A DNA stretch of 64,000 bases from an uncultured Candidatus Binatia bacterium (GCA_965218425.1 OZ244621.1:2080001-2144000); one strand, 5' to 3'; counted from the stretch's first letter, positions 29,638 to 42,737 are shown. Notes: a model not told the origin generated them from the sequence alone. Numbers and translations are program-made.

Positions 29638-29670
29638 AATAACTTCCGCATCAAGAGGAAAGTTTGAATT

Positions 29671-30273
29671 ATGAATTTCATCCCAATCGTGGTCGAGCAA
29701 ACAGGACGGGGAGAACGAGCCTATGATATCTATTCTCGCCTGCTCAAGGATCGAATCGTTTTTCTGGGCAGCGTGGTGGATGATGACGTGGCCAACGTGG
29801 TCACGGCTCAGCTCCTTTTTCTGGAGTCCGAGGACCCGGAGCGGGATATTTATTTTTACATCAATTCGCCTGGGGGCTCCGTCACAGCGGGTCTGGCCAT
29901 CTACGATACCATGGAGTATGTTAAACCTCAGATATCCACGGTTTGTTTGGGCCAAGCGGCCAGCATGGGGGCGCTGCTTTTGGCCTGTGGCGCCAAGGGA
30001 AAGAGATACGCGTTGCCCCATTCTAGAATTATGATCCATCAGCCTCTGGGCGGCTTTCAAGGCTCTGCAACCGATGTGGATATTCAGGCGCGAGAAATTT
30101 TGAGAATGAGAGAAGAGCTCAATGCGATTTTGATGAAACATACGGGTCAGACTCTCAAAAAAATCGAAAAAGATACGGATCGAGACCTCTTTATGACGGG
30201 GAAGCAAGCTTTGGAATACGGGATCGTGGATGAAGTCATATCCAGTCGTTGGGACATAGATCAAAAGAAATAA
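29671..30273 (+). CDS. clpP: Clp protease proteolytic subunit
   Basis: [30 protein letters not shown]. Confidence 0.97.
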   Translation: MNFIPIVVEQTGRGERAYDIYSRLLKDRIVFLGSVVDDDVANVVTAQLLFLESEDPERDIYFYINSPGGSVTAGLAIYDTMEYVKPQISTVCLGQAASMGALLLACGAKGKRYALPHSRIMIHQPLGGFQGSATDVDIQAREILRMREELNAILMKHTGQTLKKIEKDTDRDLFMTGKQALEYGIVDEVISSRWDIDQKK

Positions 30274-30285
30274 AGGAACTCTTCT

Positions 30286-31539
<1,254 letters not shown>

Positions 31540-31551
31540 GGGGGATGAGTT

Positions 31552-34008
31552 ATGCTATTTCGTAACGATAAAAAAGACGACAAAGAGCAGGGCGGCGACG
31601 AAACCCAGGTGCCGCTGTTGCCGCTGAGGGATATTATTGTTTTTCCTCACATGGTGGTGCCTCTGTTCGTGGGGCGGCACAAATCCATCCGGGCCCTGGA
31701 GGAGGCAACTCAAAAACAGGGACCCATCTTTCTGTCATCTCAGAAAGACGCCAAGACCAACGACCCCACTGAAACCGATATTTATCCCATCGGCACCTTG
31801 GGTACGGTGGTTCAAATGTTGAAGCTTCCTGATGGGACGGTGAAAGTGCTGGTGGAAGGAAAGAAGCGGGCCAAGGTGGTGCGTTATCTGACCCATCCGG
31901 ACTTTTTTCTCGTAGGTGTCGAGGAAATTCAGGAGGTGGCGGATCGAACCCCGGAGGTGGAGGCTTTGATCCGTGAGGTTCACACCACTTTTGAAAACTT
32001 CGTCAAATTAAAAAAGAAAATTCCTCCGGAAATGGTGGTGTCCGTTTCGTCCATTGATGATCCGAGTCGACTTGCAGATACCATTGTAGGCCATCTTGGG
32101 ATCAAGCTGGAAGAGCGACAGAATCTTCTGGAGATTTTAAACGCTGCGGAGCGGCTCGAAAAGGTATTGGGCCACATGCGAGCCGAGATTGAGATCCTGG
32201 AAGTGGAGCGGCGTATTCGTTCCCGAGTGAAAAAGCAGATGGAGCGCTCGCAGAAGGAATACTATCTGAACGAGCAGATGCGTGCGATCCAAAAGGAGCT
32301 GGGTGAAAAAGACGAATTTAAAAATGAAATCCAGGAAATCGAAGAAAAGATAAAACAGAAAAAGTTTTCCCAAGAGGCCAGGGAGAAGATTGAAAAGGAG
32401 TTGAAAAAACTCAAGATGATGTCTCCCATGTCTGCGGAAGCAACCGTGGTGAGAAACTACCTCGATTGGATTCTTGGTCTGCCCTGGAACGAATACACAG
32501 AGGAAAAACTGGATATCAAAGAAGCCGAGAAGGTCCTCGAAGAGGATCATTACGGTCTGGAGAAGGTGAAACTGCGAATCCTTGAGTACCTGGCCGTCCA
32601 GAGTCTAGTGGGTAAAATCAAAGGTCCGATTCTATGCCTGGTGGGCCCTCCGGGTGTGGGGAAAACGTCTCTGGGTCGTTCCATTGCCCGCGCCACGGGG
32701 AGAAAATTCGTTCGGGTATCCCTGGGCGGGGTACGTGACGAGGCAGAGATCCGGGGACATCGGCGCACCTATATTGGCGCGCTTCCGGGGAAGATCATTC
32801 AGAGCATGAAGAAGGCGGGGTCCAGCAATCCTGTTTTTCTCATGGACGAAGTGGATAAAATGTCCATGGATTTCCGGGGTGATCCGTCCTCGGCCCTGCT
32901 GGAGGTTTTGGATCCGGAGCAGAATCAAGCTTTTAACGATCATTACCTGGACCTTGATTACGATCTGTCCAAGGTCATGTTCGTGACCACGGCTAACAGT
33001 TTGGATCGGATACCCAGACCTCTTCAAGACCGGATGGAGATTATCCGAATCGCCGGCTACACGGAGTTGGAAAAATTAAATATTGCCAAGAAGTATCTCA
33101 TTGACAAGCAGCGGGAGGCCAACGGGCTAAAGGAAAAAAACATCGTATTGCCGGACAATACCCTCCTGGGGCTTATCCGCCACTATACCAAGGAGGCCGG
33201 GGTCAGAAATTTGGAGCGTGAAATCGCGTCACTGTGTCGGAAGGTTGCAGTGGAGGTGGTTAAGAAAGACCGTGATGCGAAGGTGAATATCGGTGCGCGG
33301 AGCCTCCACAAATTTCTCGGTCCAGTAAAGTATCGATACGGCAGGGCCGAGGAAGAGCACAAGGTTGGCGTGACCACGGGCCTGGCTTGGACGGAGCTGG
33401 GCGGGGAGCTGCTCTCCACGGAAGCGACGATTATGCCTGGCAAGGGACAGTTGATCATCACGGGCAAGTTGGGCGATGTGATGCAAGAATCGGCACAGGC
33501 CGCTATGAGCTACGTACGGTCTCGAGCGGAACTGCTGGGTTTAGAAAAAGACTTTTATCAGAAGGTGGATATTCACATCCACGTGCCTGAGGGGGCCATC
33601 CCCAAGGACGGACCCTCTGCGGGAATTACTATGGCCACTTCCCTTGTCTCTGCCCTCATTCGCACGCCCGTCTGTCACGATCTGGCCATGACAGGAGAAA
33701 TCACTCTAAGAGGAGCGATCCTTCCCATCGGGGGATTAAAGGAGAAGGTGCTGGCGGCTCATCGGGGGGGGATCAAAAGAGTCATTGTCCCTCAGGAGAA
33801 TGAAAAAGACATCGAAGAAATCCCGCAGGTTATTTTAAAGACAGTGGAACTCGAGCTCGTGGCCCACATGGATGATGTGCTGAAGAAGGCCCTTGTCCTT
33901 GAAGATCCCGAGTCTTTTATGAAAAAGAAAACGGATCCGACCGAGGAGCCTCCTCCCTTCGGCGGAAAGGGGCAAGATGAGCCGAGAGCCGATATCTTGC
34001 CGCAATAA
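31552..34008 (+). CDS. lon: Lon protease
   Basis: [27 protein letters not shown]. Confidence 0.97.
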   Translation: MLFRNDKKDDKEQGGDETQVPLLPLRDIIVFPHMVVPLFVGRHKSIRALEEATQKQGPIFLSSQKDAKTNDPTETDIYPIGTLGTVVQMLKLPDGTVKVLVEGKKRAKVVRYLTHPDFFLVGVEEIQEVADRTPEVEALIREVHTTFENFVKLKKKIPPEMVVSVSSIDDPSRLADTIVGHLGIKLEERQNLLEILNAAERLEKVLGHMRAEIEILEVERRIRSRVKKQMERSQKEYYLNEQMRAIQKELGEKDEFKNEIQEIEEKIKQKKFSQEAREKIEKELKKLKMMSPMSAEATVVRNYLDWILGLPWNEYTEEKLDIKEAEKVLEEDHYGLEKVKLRILEYLAVQSLVGKIKGPILCLVGPPGVGKTSLGRSIARATGRKFVRVSLGGVRDEAEIRGHRRTYIGALPGKIIQSMKKAGSSNPVFLMDEVDKMSMDFRGDPSSALLEVLDPEQNQAFNDHYLDLDYDLSKVMFVTTANSLDRIPRPLQDRMEIIRIAGYTELEKLNIAKKYLIDKQREANGLKEKNIVLPDNTLLGLIRHYTKEAGVRNLEREIASLCRKVAVEVVKKDRDAKVNIGARSLHKFLGPVKYRYGRAEEEHKVGVTTGLAWTELGGELLSTEATIMPGKGQLIITGKLGDVMQESAQAAMSYVRSRAELLGLEKDFYQKVDIHIHVPEGAIPKDGPSAGITMATSLVSALIRTPVCHDLAMTGEITLRGAILPIGGLKEKVLAAHRGGIKRVIVPQENEKDIEEIPQVILKTVELELVAHMDDVLKKALVLEDPESFMKKKTDPTEEPPPFGGKGQDEPRADILPQ

Positions 34009-34043
34009 ATGAGCTCCCTTGGTCTCAGGGCTGATTTTTTAAT

Positions 34044-34072
34044 TTGACACTGAGGGGCTCGGTTGTTATAAA
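34044..34072 (+). promoter_or_regulatory. Sigma70 promoter for the second HU gene
   Basis: TTGACA-17-TATAAA with TGn extended -10. Confidence 0.65.
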
Positions 34073-34118
34073 ACATTAAGCTTAACGCGGGATTTCGCAG
34101 AATTGAGGAGTATCATTC

Positions 34119-34391
34119 ATGACAAAAGCGGACTTGATAGAATCTGCCGCAAGCAAGGCGGGGCTCTCTAGGCAAGGCATTGAAGACATAATCAATCAGG
34201 TATTCGACGGTATCGTCTCCGCTTTGAAGAACGGAGACAAAGTCAATATCTCCGGGTTCGGTACATTTTCGGTTTCCCACCGCAAGGCACGAACGGGGAG
34301 AAATCCCAAGACTGGAGAGACGATTCAGATTGCCTCCTCCCGAGCCGCAAAATTTAAGGCTGGCAAGGGTTTAAAAGAGTCCCTCGCATAA
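34119..34391 (+). CDS. hup: HU family DNA-binding protein (second copy)
   Basis: MTKADLI, GFGTF, RTGRNPKTG, KFKAGK; canonical position after lon. Confidence 0.95.
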   Translation: MTKADLIESAASKAGLSRQGIEDIINQVFDGIVSALKNGDKVNISGFGTFSVSHRKARTGRNPKTGETIQIASSRAAKFKAGKGLKESLA

Positions 34392-34492
34392 TTCACTCTT
34401 TTTACACTGCTCGTTACCAAAAACCCGGGCAAACGAGAGGCGGCTTGGACTCTGAGTTTTAGCCCTTCGGATAAGGTGTTTGAGCCGAGAGG

Positions 34493-34564
34493 GGGCGGTT
34501 AGCTCAGCGGGAGAGCATCGGCCTTACAAGCCGAGGGTCACAGGTTCAAATCCTGTACCGCCCA
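34493..34564 (+). tRNA. tRNA-Val(TAC), CCA not encoded
   Basis: GGGCGGT/ACCGCCC acceptor, TCGGC-ct-TAC-aa-GCCGA. Confidence 0.95.
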
Positions 34565-34604
34565 TTGTTTATTTATGGTCCGGAGAATGCTATTGACGAG
34601 TGAT

Positions 34605-34681
34605 GGGGTCGTAGTTCAGCTGGTTAGAACGCCGGCCTGTCACGCCGGAGGTCGCGAGTTCGAGTCTCGTCGGCCCCGCCA
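34605..34681 (+). tRNA. tRNA-Asp(GTC)
   Basis: GGGGTCG/CGGCCCC acceptor, CCGGC-ct-GTC-ac-GCCGG, CCA. Confidence 0.96.
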
Positions 34682-34751
34682 TTGCTAGTTAGAGTTGAGA
34701 CGTCGGTGGGCTAAAAGGCGGATTCGTCTTCTAGCCCACTGAATCTTTAGG

Positions 34752-35201
34752 TTGCTCAAAATGGGTACCCGTCAATTGAATAAAGAAGATGCACTGGCCC
34801 AACGTCAATGGTACATCGTTGATGCGGAGGGCAAAATATTGGGACGGCTCGCCACCGAGGTGGCGAGGGTTTTGAGGGGAAAACATAAGCCGAGCTTTTC
34901 TCCCCATATAGACGGAGGAGATTTTGTTATTGTTGTGAACTCCGGGCGAGTGAGCCTAACCGGGAAAAAGCTCGAACAGAAGACCTATTATCGGCACTCA
35001 GGATATCCCGGGGGGCTTAGGGCCTCCACCGCCGGCAAGTTGTCGGGAACGAACCCAAATGCTATTGTCCAATTGGCCGTCAAGGGTATGTTACCCAAAA
35101 ACCGTTTAGGGAGAGAGTTACTTCGAAAGTTGAAAGTCTATCCTGGACCTGAGCATCCCCATCAGGCCCAAAAACCACAGCCGCTTGTCATTAGCGGTTA
35201 G
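34752..35201 (+). CDS. rplM: 50S ribosomal protein L13
   Basis: [33 protein letters not shown]; start may be ATG 34761. Confidence 0.96.
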   Translation: MLKMGTRQLNKEDALAQRQWYIVDAEGKILGRLATEVARVLRGKHKPSFSPHIDGGDFVIVVNSGRVSLTGKKLEQKTYYRHSGYPGGLRASTAGKLSGTNPNAIVQLAVKGMLPKNRLGRELLRKLKVYPGPEHPHQAQKPQPLVISG

Positions 35202-35212
35202 AGGCCGAGAAG

Positions 35213-35605
35213 ATGGCTGAAGAGACCTATTACGCAACAGGCCGCAGAAAGACTTCAGTGGCCAGGGTTCATTTGAAGGGCGGCAAAGGAGAAATCCTGG
35301 TCAACGAACGTCCTTTAGATGTTTATTTTGGACGAGAAACCGCCCGCCGGATTGTCCTTCAACCATTTGATGTCACCCAAACCGCAGGGAGTTTTGATAT
35401 TCGTGTCAACGTCTGCGGAGGGGGGATTTCAGGACAGGCGGGAGCCATTCGTCATGGGATCACTCGCGCCCTGTTGAAGATGAATCCCGATCTCCGCTCT
35501 CCGTTGAAGAAAGCGGGTTTTGTAACCCGCGACCCCCGTGCCGTGGAGCGCAAGAAATACGGTCTCCACAAAGCACGCAAGCGTCCGCAATACTCTAAAC
35601 GTTGA
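35213..35605 (+). CDS. rpsI: 30S ribosomal protein S9
   Basis: [21 protein letters not shown]-terminal QYSKR. Confidence 0.97.
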   Translation: MAEETYYATGRRKTSVARVHLKGGKGEILVNERPLDVYFGRETARRIVLQPFDVTQTAGSFDIRVNVCGGGISGQAGAIRHGITRALLKMNPDLRSPLKKAGFVTRDPRAVERKKYGLHKARKRPQYSKR

Positions 35606-36684
35606 GTCCCCTGGCAAGGACTGGGAGAAATCCCAGCAGAAAAGAGGCTGAGCTCCGTGTGGCTGTTTTTGGTGCCACAGGGTACGCGGGGCTGGAGTTG
35701 CTGCGTATCCTCGTGCGTCATCCCAGAGTGGGCTTGACGGTGCTCAGTTCCCAGCAGTATACAGGGAAACGGGTGAGCGAGGTCTACCCGTCCCTGACTG
35801 GAAGATGCGAGCAGGTTCTGGAGAAAGTGAACCTGGCGCGGATGATCTCCCGGTTCGATCTGGCATTTACCGCGCTGCCCCACGAGACCTCCATGGATAT
35901 CGTGCCGGCCCTGCTCAAACATGGCAAGCGGGTCATCGATTTGAGTGCCGACTTCCGCCTCCGGGACGTTCAGGTTTATCGACGCTGGTACCGGCCCCAT
36001 AAGGCCGCCCATCTTTTACGACGGTCGGTTTACGGCCTGACAGAGATTCACAGGAAAGAAATTTCTCAGGCCTCTCTCGTCGCTAATCCTGGGTGTTATC
36101 CCACCGGCGCGGTGCTGGGCCTCGCCCCACTTTTCGCTACTCAATTAATCCAGGGGACTGTCCTCATTGACTCAAAGTCAGGAACCACTGGAGCCGGAAG
36201 AAGTGGCGCCGTGGAGCTCTCCTTCAGCGAGGTTAACGAAAACTTCAAGGCCTATAACGTTGGAGTCCATCGACACGCTCCTGAGATTGAACAGGAGTTG
36301 GGTCGGGTGGCTAAAAAATCAGTCACCGTCCTGTTTGCGCCCCACTTGCTTCCCATTAGCCGTGGCATCCTCTCCACCATGTACGTGGAGCTCAAAAGAT
36401 CTGTGGGCGAGGAGAGACTCGGTAAGATCTATCGGGATTTTTACCGTGGGGAAACCTTTATTCGTGTCTTGCCTCCTGGAGTTCTTCCAGAAACCAAAGA
36501 GGTCCGGGGTTCTAACGACTGCGCCATTGGATTGCGTTACGATTCCCATTCGCGACGGTTGGTGGTGATCACTGCCATTGACAATTTGGTGAAGGGGGCG
36601 GCAGGGCAGGCGGTGCAAAATATGAATTTAATGTATGGATTCCATGAGACGGAAGGGTTACAGGGTGCGGGGCTGGTGCCTTAG
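35602..36684 (+). CDS. argC: N-acetyl-gamma-glutamyl-phosphate reductase
   Basis: [41 protein letters not shown]; start uncertain. Confidence 0.95.
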   Translation: MSPLARTGRNPSRKEAELRVAVFGATGYAGLELLRILVRHPRVGLTVLSSQQYTGKRVSEVYPSLTGRCEQVLEKVNLARMISRFDLAFTALPHETSMDIVPALLKHGKRVIDLSADFRLRDVQVYRRWYRPHKAAHLLRRSVYGLTEIHRKEISQASLVANPGCYPTGAVLGLAPLFATQLIQGTVLIDSKSGTTGAGRSGAVELSFSEVNENFKAYNVGVHRHAPEIEQELGRVAKKSVTVLFAPHLLPISRGILSTMYVELKRSVGEERLGKIYRDFYRGETFIRVLPPGVLPETKEVRGSNDCAIGLRYDSHSRRLVVITAIDNLVKGAAGQAVQNMNLMYGFHETEGLQGAGLVP

Positions 36685-36686
36685 CG

Positions 36687-36723
36687 CTTCGAGTGCCTCA
36701 GCACGGTCCTGATCAGGTCGAAG
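36687..36723. repeat. REP-like palindrome (CTTCGA...CTCAG...TCGAAG family), copy 2
   Basis: CTTCGAGTGCCTCAGCACGGTCCTGATCAGGTCGAAG between convergent argC and lptG. Confidence 0.55.
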
Positions 36724-36726
36724 GAC

Positions 36727-37857
36727 TTAGGAGCCGTCTTGTTCTTCCCCGCTAGCAAAGTAACTTCCCACCAGGGCGAGGAGCAGGTTAGGAAACCAAG
36801 CCGCGACCCAGGGCTGAAGCACTCCCTCTTTTCCTAGCGACCAACACAACGATAGAAGGGTGATATGAGGGAGCCCAATGAGCATGGTGAGTCCAAGAGA
36901 CACCGCAATCCCTCCTCTCAATCCCTGTTTGAGGACGAAGGGGATTGCTAGAAAAACCATCAAGGGGGGGATAAAGGGAAAGGCCAACTTCATCTGTATA
37001 TCCGTTTGGTATTCCGTCGTATCGATACCTTTACTGTTCAAGTCATCGATCTGCTTTTTGAGGTCGAATACCGTGAACTCCTCCGGCTTTCGAGCAAGCA
37101 CTTTGAAATCATCGGGTGTCTCGGCAATAGGCAGAACCTTAACGACTTCCTTTTCGGGGCTGAGCTGACCGTTAGAGAGCAAGGTCCACTGGGTGCTTCC
37201 TGACGTTTTCCACTGTGACCCATCCCAACGGGCCCGGGGCGCCTCGATGAACCCTTTGAGGCTGAACTCACGGCTTAGGAGATAGATCACGACTCCCTGA
37301 AGAATGTTTTTCTGCGCGTCGAAATAGTCGGTGCTAATAAAAGCGTCCTTCCCACGAATCCAGATTCCTCTGTCTCCAAACATGGTCTGGGGGTTGTTCT
37401 TCTTGACTTCCACCGTGTAAATGTAGTGGGCCTTACGTGTGAACAGCGGAACCAAACTCTCCATCCATAAAAAGGACATGAGGCCGATGAGGAGTGAGGT
37501 GAGCAACAGGGGGAGAGAAAGGCGGCGCAGGCTAAGCCCGGCAGCGCGCATGGCGGTGATCTCTTGGCTGCGCTGCAGTAGGCCGAGGCAAAACAGGGAC
37601 GAGAAAAGAGCGGCAAACCCGAACACCTGGGAGAGCAGGAAAGGGATCTTATAGAGAAAGTATCGGATCATCGCGGAGATGGTAGCCCCGGCTTCCAACA
37701 ACCTTCCTAGGTGGTCGAAGAAATCCACGATCAAGTATATGACCACGATACACAAGAGGGTGACCATAAAGGTGGTTAAGAAATATTTGACTACATAGTG
37801 GTCGAGGATGCTCCCCAGCGGCATGGATGTCGTCCGCTTTGCTTGCACTGCGTTCAA
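36727..37857 (-). CDS. lptG: LPS export ABC transporter permease LptG
   Basis: Multi-TM, QEITAMRAAGLS, AAWFPN; downstream of lptF; start may be ATG 37824. Confidence 0.85.
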   Translation of the reverse strand: MNAVQAKRTTSMPLGSILDHYVVKYFLTTFMVTLLCIVVIYLIVDFFDHLGRLLEAGATISAMIRYFLYKIPFLLSQVFGFAALFSSLFCLGLLQRSQEITAMRAAGLSLRRLSLPLLLTSLLIGLMSFLWMESLVPLFTRKAHYIYTVEVKKNNPQTMFGDRGIWIRGKDAFISTDYFDAQKNILQGVVIYLLSREFSLKGFIEAPRARWDGSQWKTSGSTQWTLLSNGQLSPEKEVVKVLPIAETPDDFKVLARKPEEFTVFDLKKQIDDLNSKGIDTTEYQTDIQMKLAFPFIPPLMVFLAIPFVLKQGLRGGIAVSLGLTMLIGLPHITLLSLCWSLGKEGVLQPWVAAWFPNLLLALVGSYFASGEEQDGS

Positions 37858-37858
37858 C

Positions 37859-39052
37859 TCAAGAAGCCCCCCTGTGCTTTGGTATTAAGCTGCGAAGCAA
37901 CATTGAGGATTTCCTCTGCAAGCCCTCCCCGAACCAGGGTGGAGATTCTCTCAAGGCCCTGATAAAGAAATGGATGGCCACTAGGCCCACCAGGAGGTTG
38001 GGGAGCCACAGGGCCAGCACGGGAGGGAGCATCTCTCTTTCTGCTAGAGCTTTCCCTGCGGTGAGCAAAGCGTAGTAGAGGAGCAACCAAAAGAGACAGG
38101 ACGCTAGGCCCCAAAAGCGGCCCTGACGAGAAGGGGCCGGCATCAGTACCAAGGCCACTCCGAGCAAGCTAAAGACCAGCGGGGCAAACGGAAAAGAAAA
38201 CCTCTCATGGAAATCCATGATTTCGCTAATGGGGTTGAGCCCCCGAGCTTGTTTGCTGCGGATCGACTCCCTCAATTGCCGAACTGACATCTCCGAGGGA
38301 TCCTGCTCGCGTTGCTTTATCAGGTTGACGGTCTCTTCCAGATCAAGATTGAAGTTATATACATTGAAATGAGTTTGACTAAAGACGGATCGACTCTTTT
38401 CTTTTTCATGAATGACGCCGTCAAAGAGCTTCAGGCTGAGGGTAGCGGTTTCCTCATTGGATAAAAAAAGTGCCACTTTGCCAAAGATAACGGTTTCCCG
38501 TGTTGGATTCCGCCTGTCCACAATGAGCACGCCTTGGGAGGTATTGCCAGGCGGGATTACTTCCTCCACGTAAATCAGGACCTGAGGGAAGTCGCTGTTA
38601 AATACATTTTCCTTGAGGGCCGTCGCCACATGGCTTTTTGCGATGTTGTACAGCTCTTGCTTGAGTGCGAGATTGGCGGCAGGGCGCACCGACGTAGTAA
38701 TCACAAGTGTGAGAAGGGAAACAAAAAGAGCAACCATTCCAATGGGCCAAAGGACTTGAAAGGGGCTTATCCCGGAAGCCTTGAGAGCGAGAATCTCGTG
38801 ATCATTGGAGAGTCCAGCGAGCCCTACCAGTATCCCCAGTAGGAGGGCCATGGGTACGGTCATCTCCAGGAAGGTCGGTAGGATGAAGGCGAAAAGCTTA
38901 CCAGTTTGGGTTAAGGAAACCCCGCGGGTGACGAGGAGCTCAACGAGTTTTAAAATGCGGGCCGTGAGCAGGATGAAGGTAAACGCCATGAGACCCAAGA
39001 AAAAAGGTGGGAGGATCTCTGAGACCACGTAAAAGCTGAGGGTCCGTTTCAC
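37859..39052 (-). CDS. lptF: LPS export ABC transporter permease LptF
   Basis: EILPPF, LSNDHEILALKASGIS, LALWLPN. Confidence 0.87.
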   Translation of the reverse strand: MKRTLSFYVVSEILPPFFLGLMAFTFILLTARILKLVELLVTRGVSLTQTGKLFAFILPTFLEMTVPMALLLGILVGLAGLSNDHEILALKASGISPFQVLWPIGMVALFVSLLTLVITTSVRPAANLALKQELYNIAKSHVATALKENVFNSDFPQVLIYVEEVIPPGNTSQGVLIVDRRNPTRETVIFGKVALFLSNEETATLSLKLFDGVIHEKEKSRSVFSQTHFNVYNFNLDLEETVNLIKQREQDPSEMSVRQLRESIRSKQARGLNPISEIMDFHERFSFPFAPLVFSLLGVALVLMPAPSRQGRFWGLASCLFWLLLYYALLTAGKALAEREMLPPVLALWLPNLLVGLVAIHFFIRALRESPPWFGEGLQRKSSMLLRSLIPKHRGAS

Positions 39053-39186
39053 TGTGTGTCCATGTTAACTGGTACATCCTTCATTGTAAAATAGAGGCTA
39101 AGGTATTTGAATCTTTCAGTTGAGTCACGGAATCGGAAAAAGACGACTCAAGCCAAAACGCGAAGTCCGAAGCAAAATCAGCCGGC

Positions 39187-39307
39187 AGTGAGCAGATGGC
39201 AGCGGGCGGCAATTCGGACTGCGGATTAATGAGCCAGCAGGCAGTAAGAGACCAACCCTTCCGCTGGGTTTTTTAAATTCAGAATTGCCTACTGCCATCC
39301 GCCTACT
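39187..39307. repeat. Heptamer-periodic palindromic intergenic element (GGCAGTA-like)
   Basis: AGTGAGCAGATGGCAGCGGGCGGCAATTC (39187-39215) is an imperfect inverted repeat of GAATTGCCTACTGCCATCCGCCTACT (39282-39307). Confidence 0.6.
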
Positions 39308-39400
39308 AGTTTCACCTGGCGTCTTGGCGCGAGATTCTCCTACGCTAAGGCTTCGGAGAATCCTTCGGTAAAAGACTAATTGTAGAAAGAGGAGTATTGG

Positions 39401-40159
39401 GTGGTTCGAGAAAACGACTCTGTCTACCTGTTTGGGGTCCATTCGGTGATGGAAAAACTGAAAGGCGCTTCCTCTGAGGTGATAGAGGTATTCATCGCCA
39501 AGGGGCATCGGCGAGGGCCGCTCAAGTCCATAGAACAGGAAGCCAAACGCCGTGGGGTACCCGTAAACTCGTTGGACAGAGCCGAATTAAGCAGGTTGGT
39601 GCAAGGGGAGGAGAAACATCAAGGAGTGGTGGCCAAGGTATTCTCGTATATTTATACCGACTTCGATGCCCTACTTGGAGAGCCGCCCAGCGCTGATGGA
39701 CATCGTTGGATACTTGCCTTGGATGGTGTAACCGATCCGCGAAATTTCGGCAGTCTGCTACGGACCGCAGAAGGGGCGGGGGTTCGAGATGTGATCATTG
39801 CGAAGGATCGCTCCGTAGGTGTTACCCCTGTGGTTGTCAAGGCATCGGCGGGGGCCGTGTCGTACCTCAGCACCTATCGAGTTACCAATTTACGACGTGC
39901 GATCCAGGAGCTCAAGGCAATGGGCTATTGGGTCGTTGGGCTAGATGCACAGGCAAAAGACGCTATATTTTCAAAGGTTTATCCTGACAGGCTGGTGGTG
40001 CTTCTGGGTAGCGAGGGATCGGGAATTCGCCCCCTACTCCGAGAAGAGTGTGATTTTCTCGTGTCGGTCCCCATGTTGGGTAGGGTCGAATCACTAAATG
40101 TAGCGGTTTCCGCGGGTATGTTCCTTTACGAATTGGTGAGGCAAAAGCTTGGTGCTTAA
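39401..40159 (+). CDS. rlmB: 23S rRNA (G2251-2'-O)-methyltransferase
   Basis: HQGVVA, LDGVTDPRNFG, GSEGSG, VESLNVAV SPOUT motifs. Confidence 0.93.
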   Translation: MVRENDSVYLFGVHSVMEKLKGASSEVIEVFIAKGHRRGPLKSIEQEAKRRGVPVNSLDRAELSRLVQGEEKHQGVVAKVFSYIYTDFDALLGEPPSADGHRWILALDGVTDPRNFGSLLRTAEGAGVRDVIIAKDRSVGVTPVVVKASAGAVSYLSTYRVTNLRRAIQELKAMGYWVVGLDAQAKDAIFSKVYPDRLVVLLGSEGSGIRPLLREECDFLVSVPMLGRVESLNVAVSAGMFLYELVRQKLGA

Positions 40160-40416
40160 AGGAGTTGTGGCCCGAATTGGCGCCCATTTAGGTCCATTTG
40201 AGGATTTCTGTGAAAAAATATGGCCAAGACTATTGACAAGGATTCCCAAAGATGATTAAAAGACAGTATAAAAAGGGTTAAGTGTGCTAAATCCTTGTCA
40301 TTTGTCCTAACGACCAAGGATTCTTCCCTGATATAATTAGGGTGTTCTGCTTCTCCATGACCGTTTTTTCACGGTATGGTAGAGGAAAAGGCGCGGGTGC
40401 AATTTTTTCCTCAGAA

Positions 40417-40491
40417 GCTGGCGTAGCTCAACGGCAGAGCAGCTGATTTGTAATCAGCAGGTTGTAGGTTCAACTCCTATCGCCAGCTCCA
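40417..40491 (+). tRNA. tRNA-Thr(TGT)
   Basis: GCTGGCG/CGCCAGC acceptor, GCTGA-tt-TGT-aa-TCAGC, CCA. Confidence 0.96.
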
Positions 40492-40551
40492 GGTTGTGGG
40501 GTTAATTTTTTACCGATAGAAATTTGGCGGATTTGAGTACCAGGCTGACGA

Positions 40552-40637
<86 letters not shown>

Positions 40638-40690
40638 TTAGTGTGAAGGCTGTAAGGCGAATCCAAGCAAGGATGCTATTGGACATTTTC

Positions 40691-40767
40691 GCGGGAATAG
40701 CTCAGTTGGCTAGAGCACGAGCCTTCCAAGCTCGGGGTCGCGGGTTCGAATCCCGTTTCCCGCTCCA
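40691..40767 (+). tRNA. tRNA-Gly(TCC)
   Basis: GCGGGAA/TTCCCGC acceptor, CGAGC-ct-TCC-aa-GCTCG, CCA. Confidence 0.96.
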
Positions 40768-40855
40768 AATTGGGATTGGCGTCGAGCAGGTGACGGTTCT
40801 TTTCTCCCGAGGCGGGTTGAGTCAACAACATCTGCCACCAGATTTCGATTGAAGC

Positions 40856-40928
40856 GCCCAGGTAGCTCAGTCGGTAGAGCACGTCCTTGGTAAGGACGAG
40901 GTCGGCGGTTCAAGCCCGCTCCTGGGCT
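40856..40928 (+). tRNA. tRNA-Thr(GGT), CCA not encoded
   Basis: GCCCAGG/CCTGGGC acceptor, CGTCC-tt-GGT-aa-GGACG. Confidence 0.95.
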
Positions 40929-41023
40929 TTGCCTTAAAAGCCGTGAACTAGGAACGCCGCGCGAGAAACTGAAAGAGAAAGCCACATTGAGCAATTCAGG
41001 ATGACAAATTGTAGGAGGGAAGG

Positions 41024-42214
41024 ATGAGCAAGGCAAAGTTTGAGAGGAAGAAACCCCATCTCAATATTGGAACTATCGGCCATGTGGATCACGGTAAAAC
41101 CACGCTGACCACGTCCATCACCAAAGTACTGGAAAAGAAGGGAATGGCTAAGTACATGGCCTACGACCAAATTGATAAGGCTCCAGAGGAGAGGGAAAGG
41201 GGGCTCACCATCAATATCGCTCATGTAGAGTATGAAACCGACAACCGGCATTATGCCCACGTGGATTGTCCGGGCCACGCCGACTATGTAAAGAACATGA
41301 TCACGGGCGCAGCGCAGATGGACGGCGCCATTCTGGTGGTCTCCGCGGCCGACGGTCCCATGCCGCAGACTCGCGAGCATATACTGCTTGCGCGCCAAGT
41401 GGGCGTTCCCTCCATTGTAGTATTCCTCAATAAGGCGGACATGGTTGATGACAAAGAGCTGCTCGAGCTCGTGGAATTGGAAGTTCGAGAGTTGTTGTCC
41501 AAATATCAATTTCTCGGAGACGAAATTCCCGTCATCATAGGAAGCGCTTTAAAGGCCGCCGAAGGGGACGTGGGAGATATGGGGGAAGGGGCCATCATAA
41601 AATTGATGGAAGCGGTAGACAGCTACATTCCAGAACCTACGCGTGACGTCGATAAACCATTTATTATGCCCGTGGAGGACGTTTTTACAATCAGTGGCCG
41701 TGGTACCGTAGTGACCGGCAGGGTGGAGAGGGGCATTATCAAGGTCGGCGAAGAAGTGGAAATTGTAGGGTTCAAGGATACTAAAAAAACTGTAGCCACA
41801 GGGGTGGAAATGTTCCGCAAACTCCTCGATCAGGGTCAGGCGGGCGACAACGTCGGAGTGCTCTTGAGGGGCATCAAACGGGAAGAAGTGGAGCGGGGTC
41901 AGGTGCTGGCCAAACCGGGGAGTATCACTCCTCACACGAAGTTCAATGCGGAGGCCTACATTCTGACCAAGGAGGAGGGTGGAAGGCACACGCCATTTTT
42001 TAACGGATACCGTCCCCAATTCTACGTTCGCACCACCGATGTTACCGGTGTGACCAAGTTGCCGGAAGGTACCGAGATGGTGATGCCTGGAGACAACGTG
42101 ACCATGGAAGTTGATCTCATTACACCCGTGGCCATGGAAGAGGGGTTGAGATTTGCCATACGTGAAGGGGGACGGACCGTCGGTGCAGGGGTTGTGACCA
42201 AGATCCTTCAATAA
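41024..42214 (+). CDS. tuf: Elongation factor Tu
   Basis: [33 protein letters not shown]. Confidence 0.98.
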   Translation: MSKAKFERKKPHLNIGTIGHVDHGKTTLTTSITKVLEKKGMAKYMAYDQIDKAPEERERGLTINIAHVEYETDNRHYAHVDCPGHADYVKNMITGAAQMDGAILVVSAADGPMPQTREHILLARQVGVPSIVVFLNKADMVDDKELLELVELEVRELLSKYQFLGDEIPVIIGSALKAAEGDVGDMGEGAIIKLMEAVDSYIPEPTRDVDKPFIMPVEDVFTISGRGTVVTGRVERGIIKVGEEVEIVGFKDTKKTVATGVEMFRKLLDQGQAGDNVGVLLRGIKREEVERGQVLAKPGSITPHTKFNAEAYILTKEEGGRHTPFFNGYRPQFYVRTTDVTGVTKLPEGTEMVMPGDNVTMEVDLITPVAMEEGLRFAIREGGRTVGAGVVTKILQ

Positions 42215-42234
42215 GGTGAACGGAGGGAGAGATC

Positions 42235-42387
42235 ATGCGAGATTTAATTGGGTTTGCTTGTGACCAGTGCAAGGGAAAGAATTACACCAGGACAAAAAAC
42301 AAAAAGAGGACCACGGACAAATTATCTCTGAAGAAGTTCTGTCCTTCCTGTCGGACCCACACCGTGCACAAAGAAGTTAAGTTGTAA
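42235..42387 (+). CDS. rpmG: 50S ribosomal protein L33 (Zn-binding type); absent from the ORF track
   Basis: Translated by hand: MRDLIGFACDQCKGKNYTRTKNKKRTTDKLSLKKFCPSCRTHTVHKEVKL. Confidence 0.95.
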   Translation: MRDLIGFACDQCKGKNYTRTKNKKRTTDKLSLKKFCPSCRTHTVHKEVKL

Positions 42388-42403
42388 CAGTGAAGAGAGT
42401 TTG

Positions 42404-42481
42404 GGGTCAGTAGCTCCAACTGGCTAGAGCGCCGGACTCCAAATCCGGTTGTTGCAGGTTCGAATCCTGCCTGACCCGCCA
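42404..42481 (+). tRNA. tRNA-Trp(CCA)
   Basis: GGGTCAG/CTGACCC acceptor, CCGGA-ct-CCA-aa-TCCGG, CCA end; position between rpmG and secE. Confidence 0.96.
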
Positions 42482-42503
42482 AAACGTCGCGTTCGGCGGA
42501 CTC

Positions 42504-42719
42504 ATGGGAGATTGGATAAGCAACGTCAAAAATAGTTTCCGAAAGGCGACCACCTTTTTTAAGGAGGCTTGGCAAGAATTAAAGCGGGTCCACTGGCCGA
42601 CCCGAAAGGAAACCTATGCGGCAACATCGGTGGTTCTCGTCCTGGTTCTGATCATCGCCTTATATCTGGCGCTAGTGGATCTTGGCTTGACCCGGGCCGT
42701 TCAGGCGCTGCTCAGTTGA
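42504..42719 (+). CDS. secE: Preprotein translocase subunit SecE
   Basis: ELKRVHWPTRKE plus a single TM helix. Confidence 0.93.
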   Translation: MGDWISNVKNSFRKATTFFKEAWQELKRVHWPTRKETYAATSVVLVLVLIIALYLALVDLGLTRAVQALLS

Positions 42720-42737
42720 ATCATTGATGTATCCCCT

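Noticed and set aside
34706..34739. Hairpin upstream of rplM as an L13 leader or terminator
   Set aside because: The stem is real, but there is no U tract or recognisable motif to assign a function.
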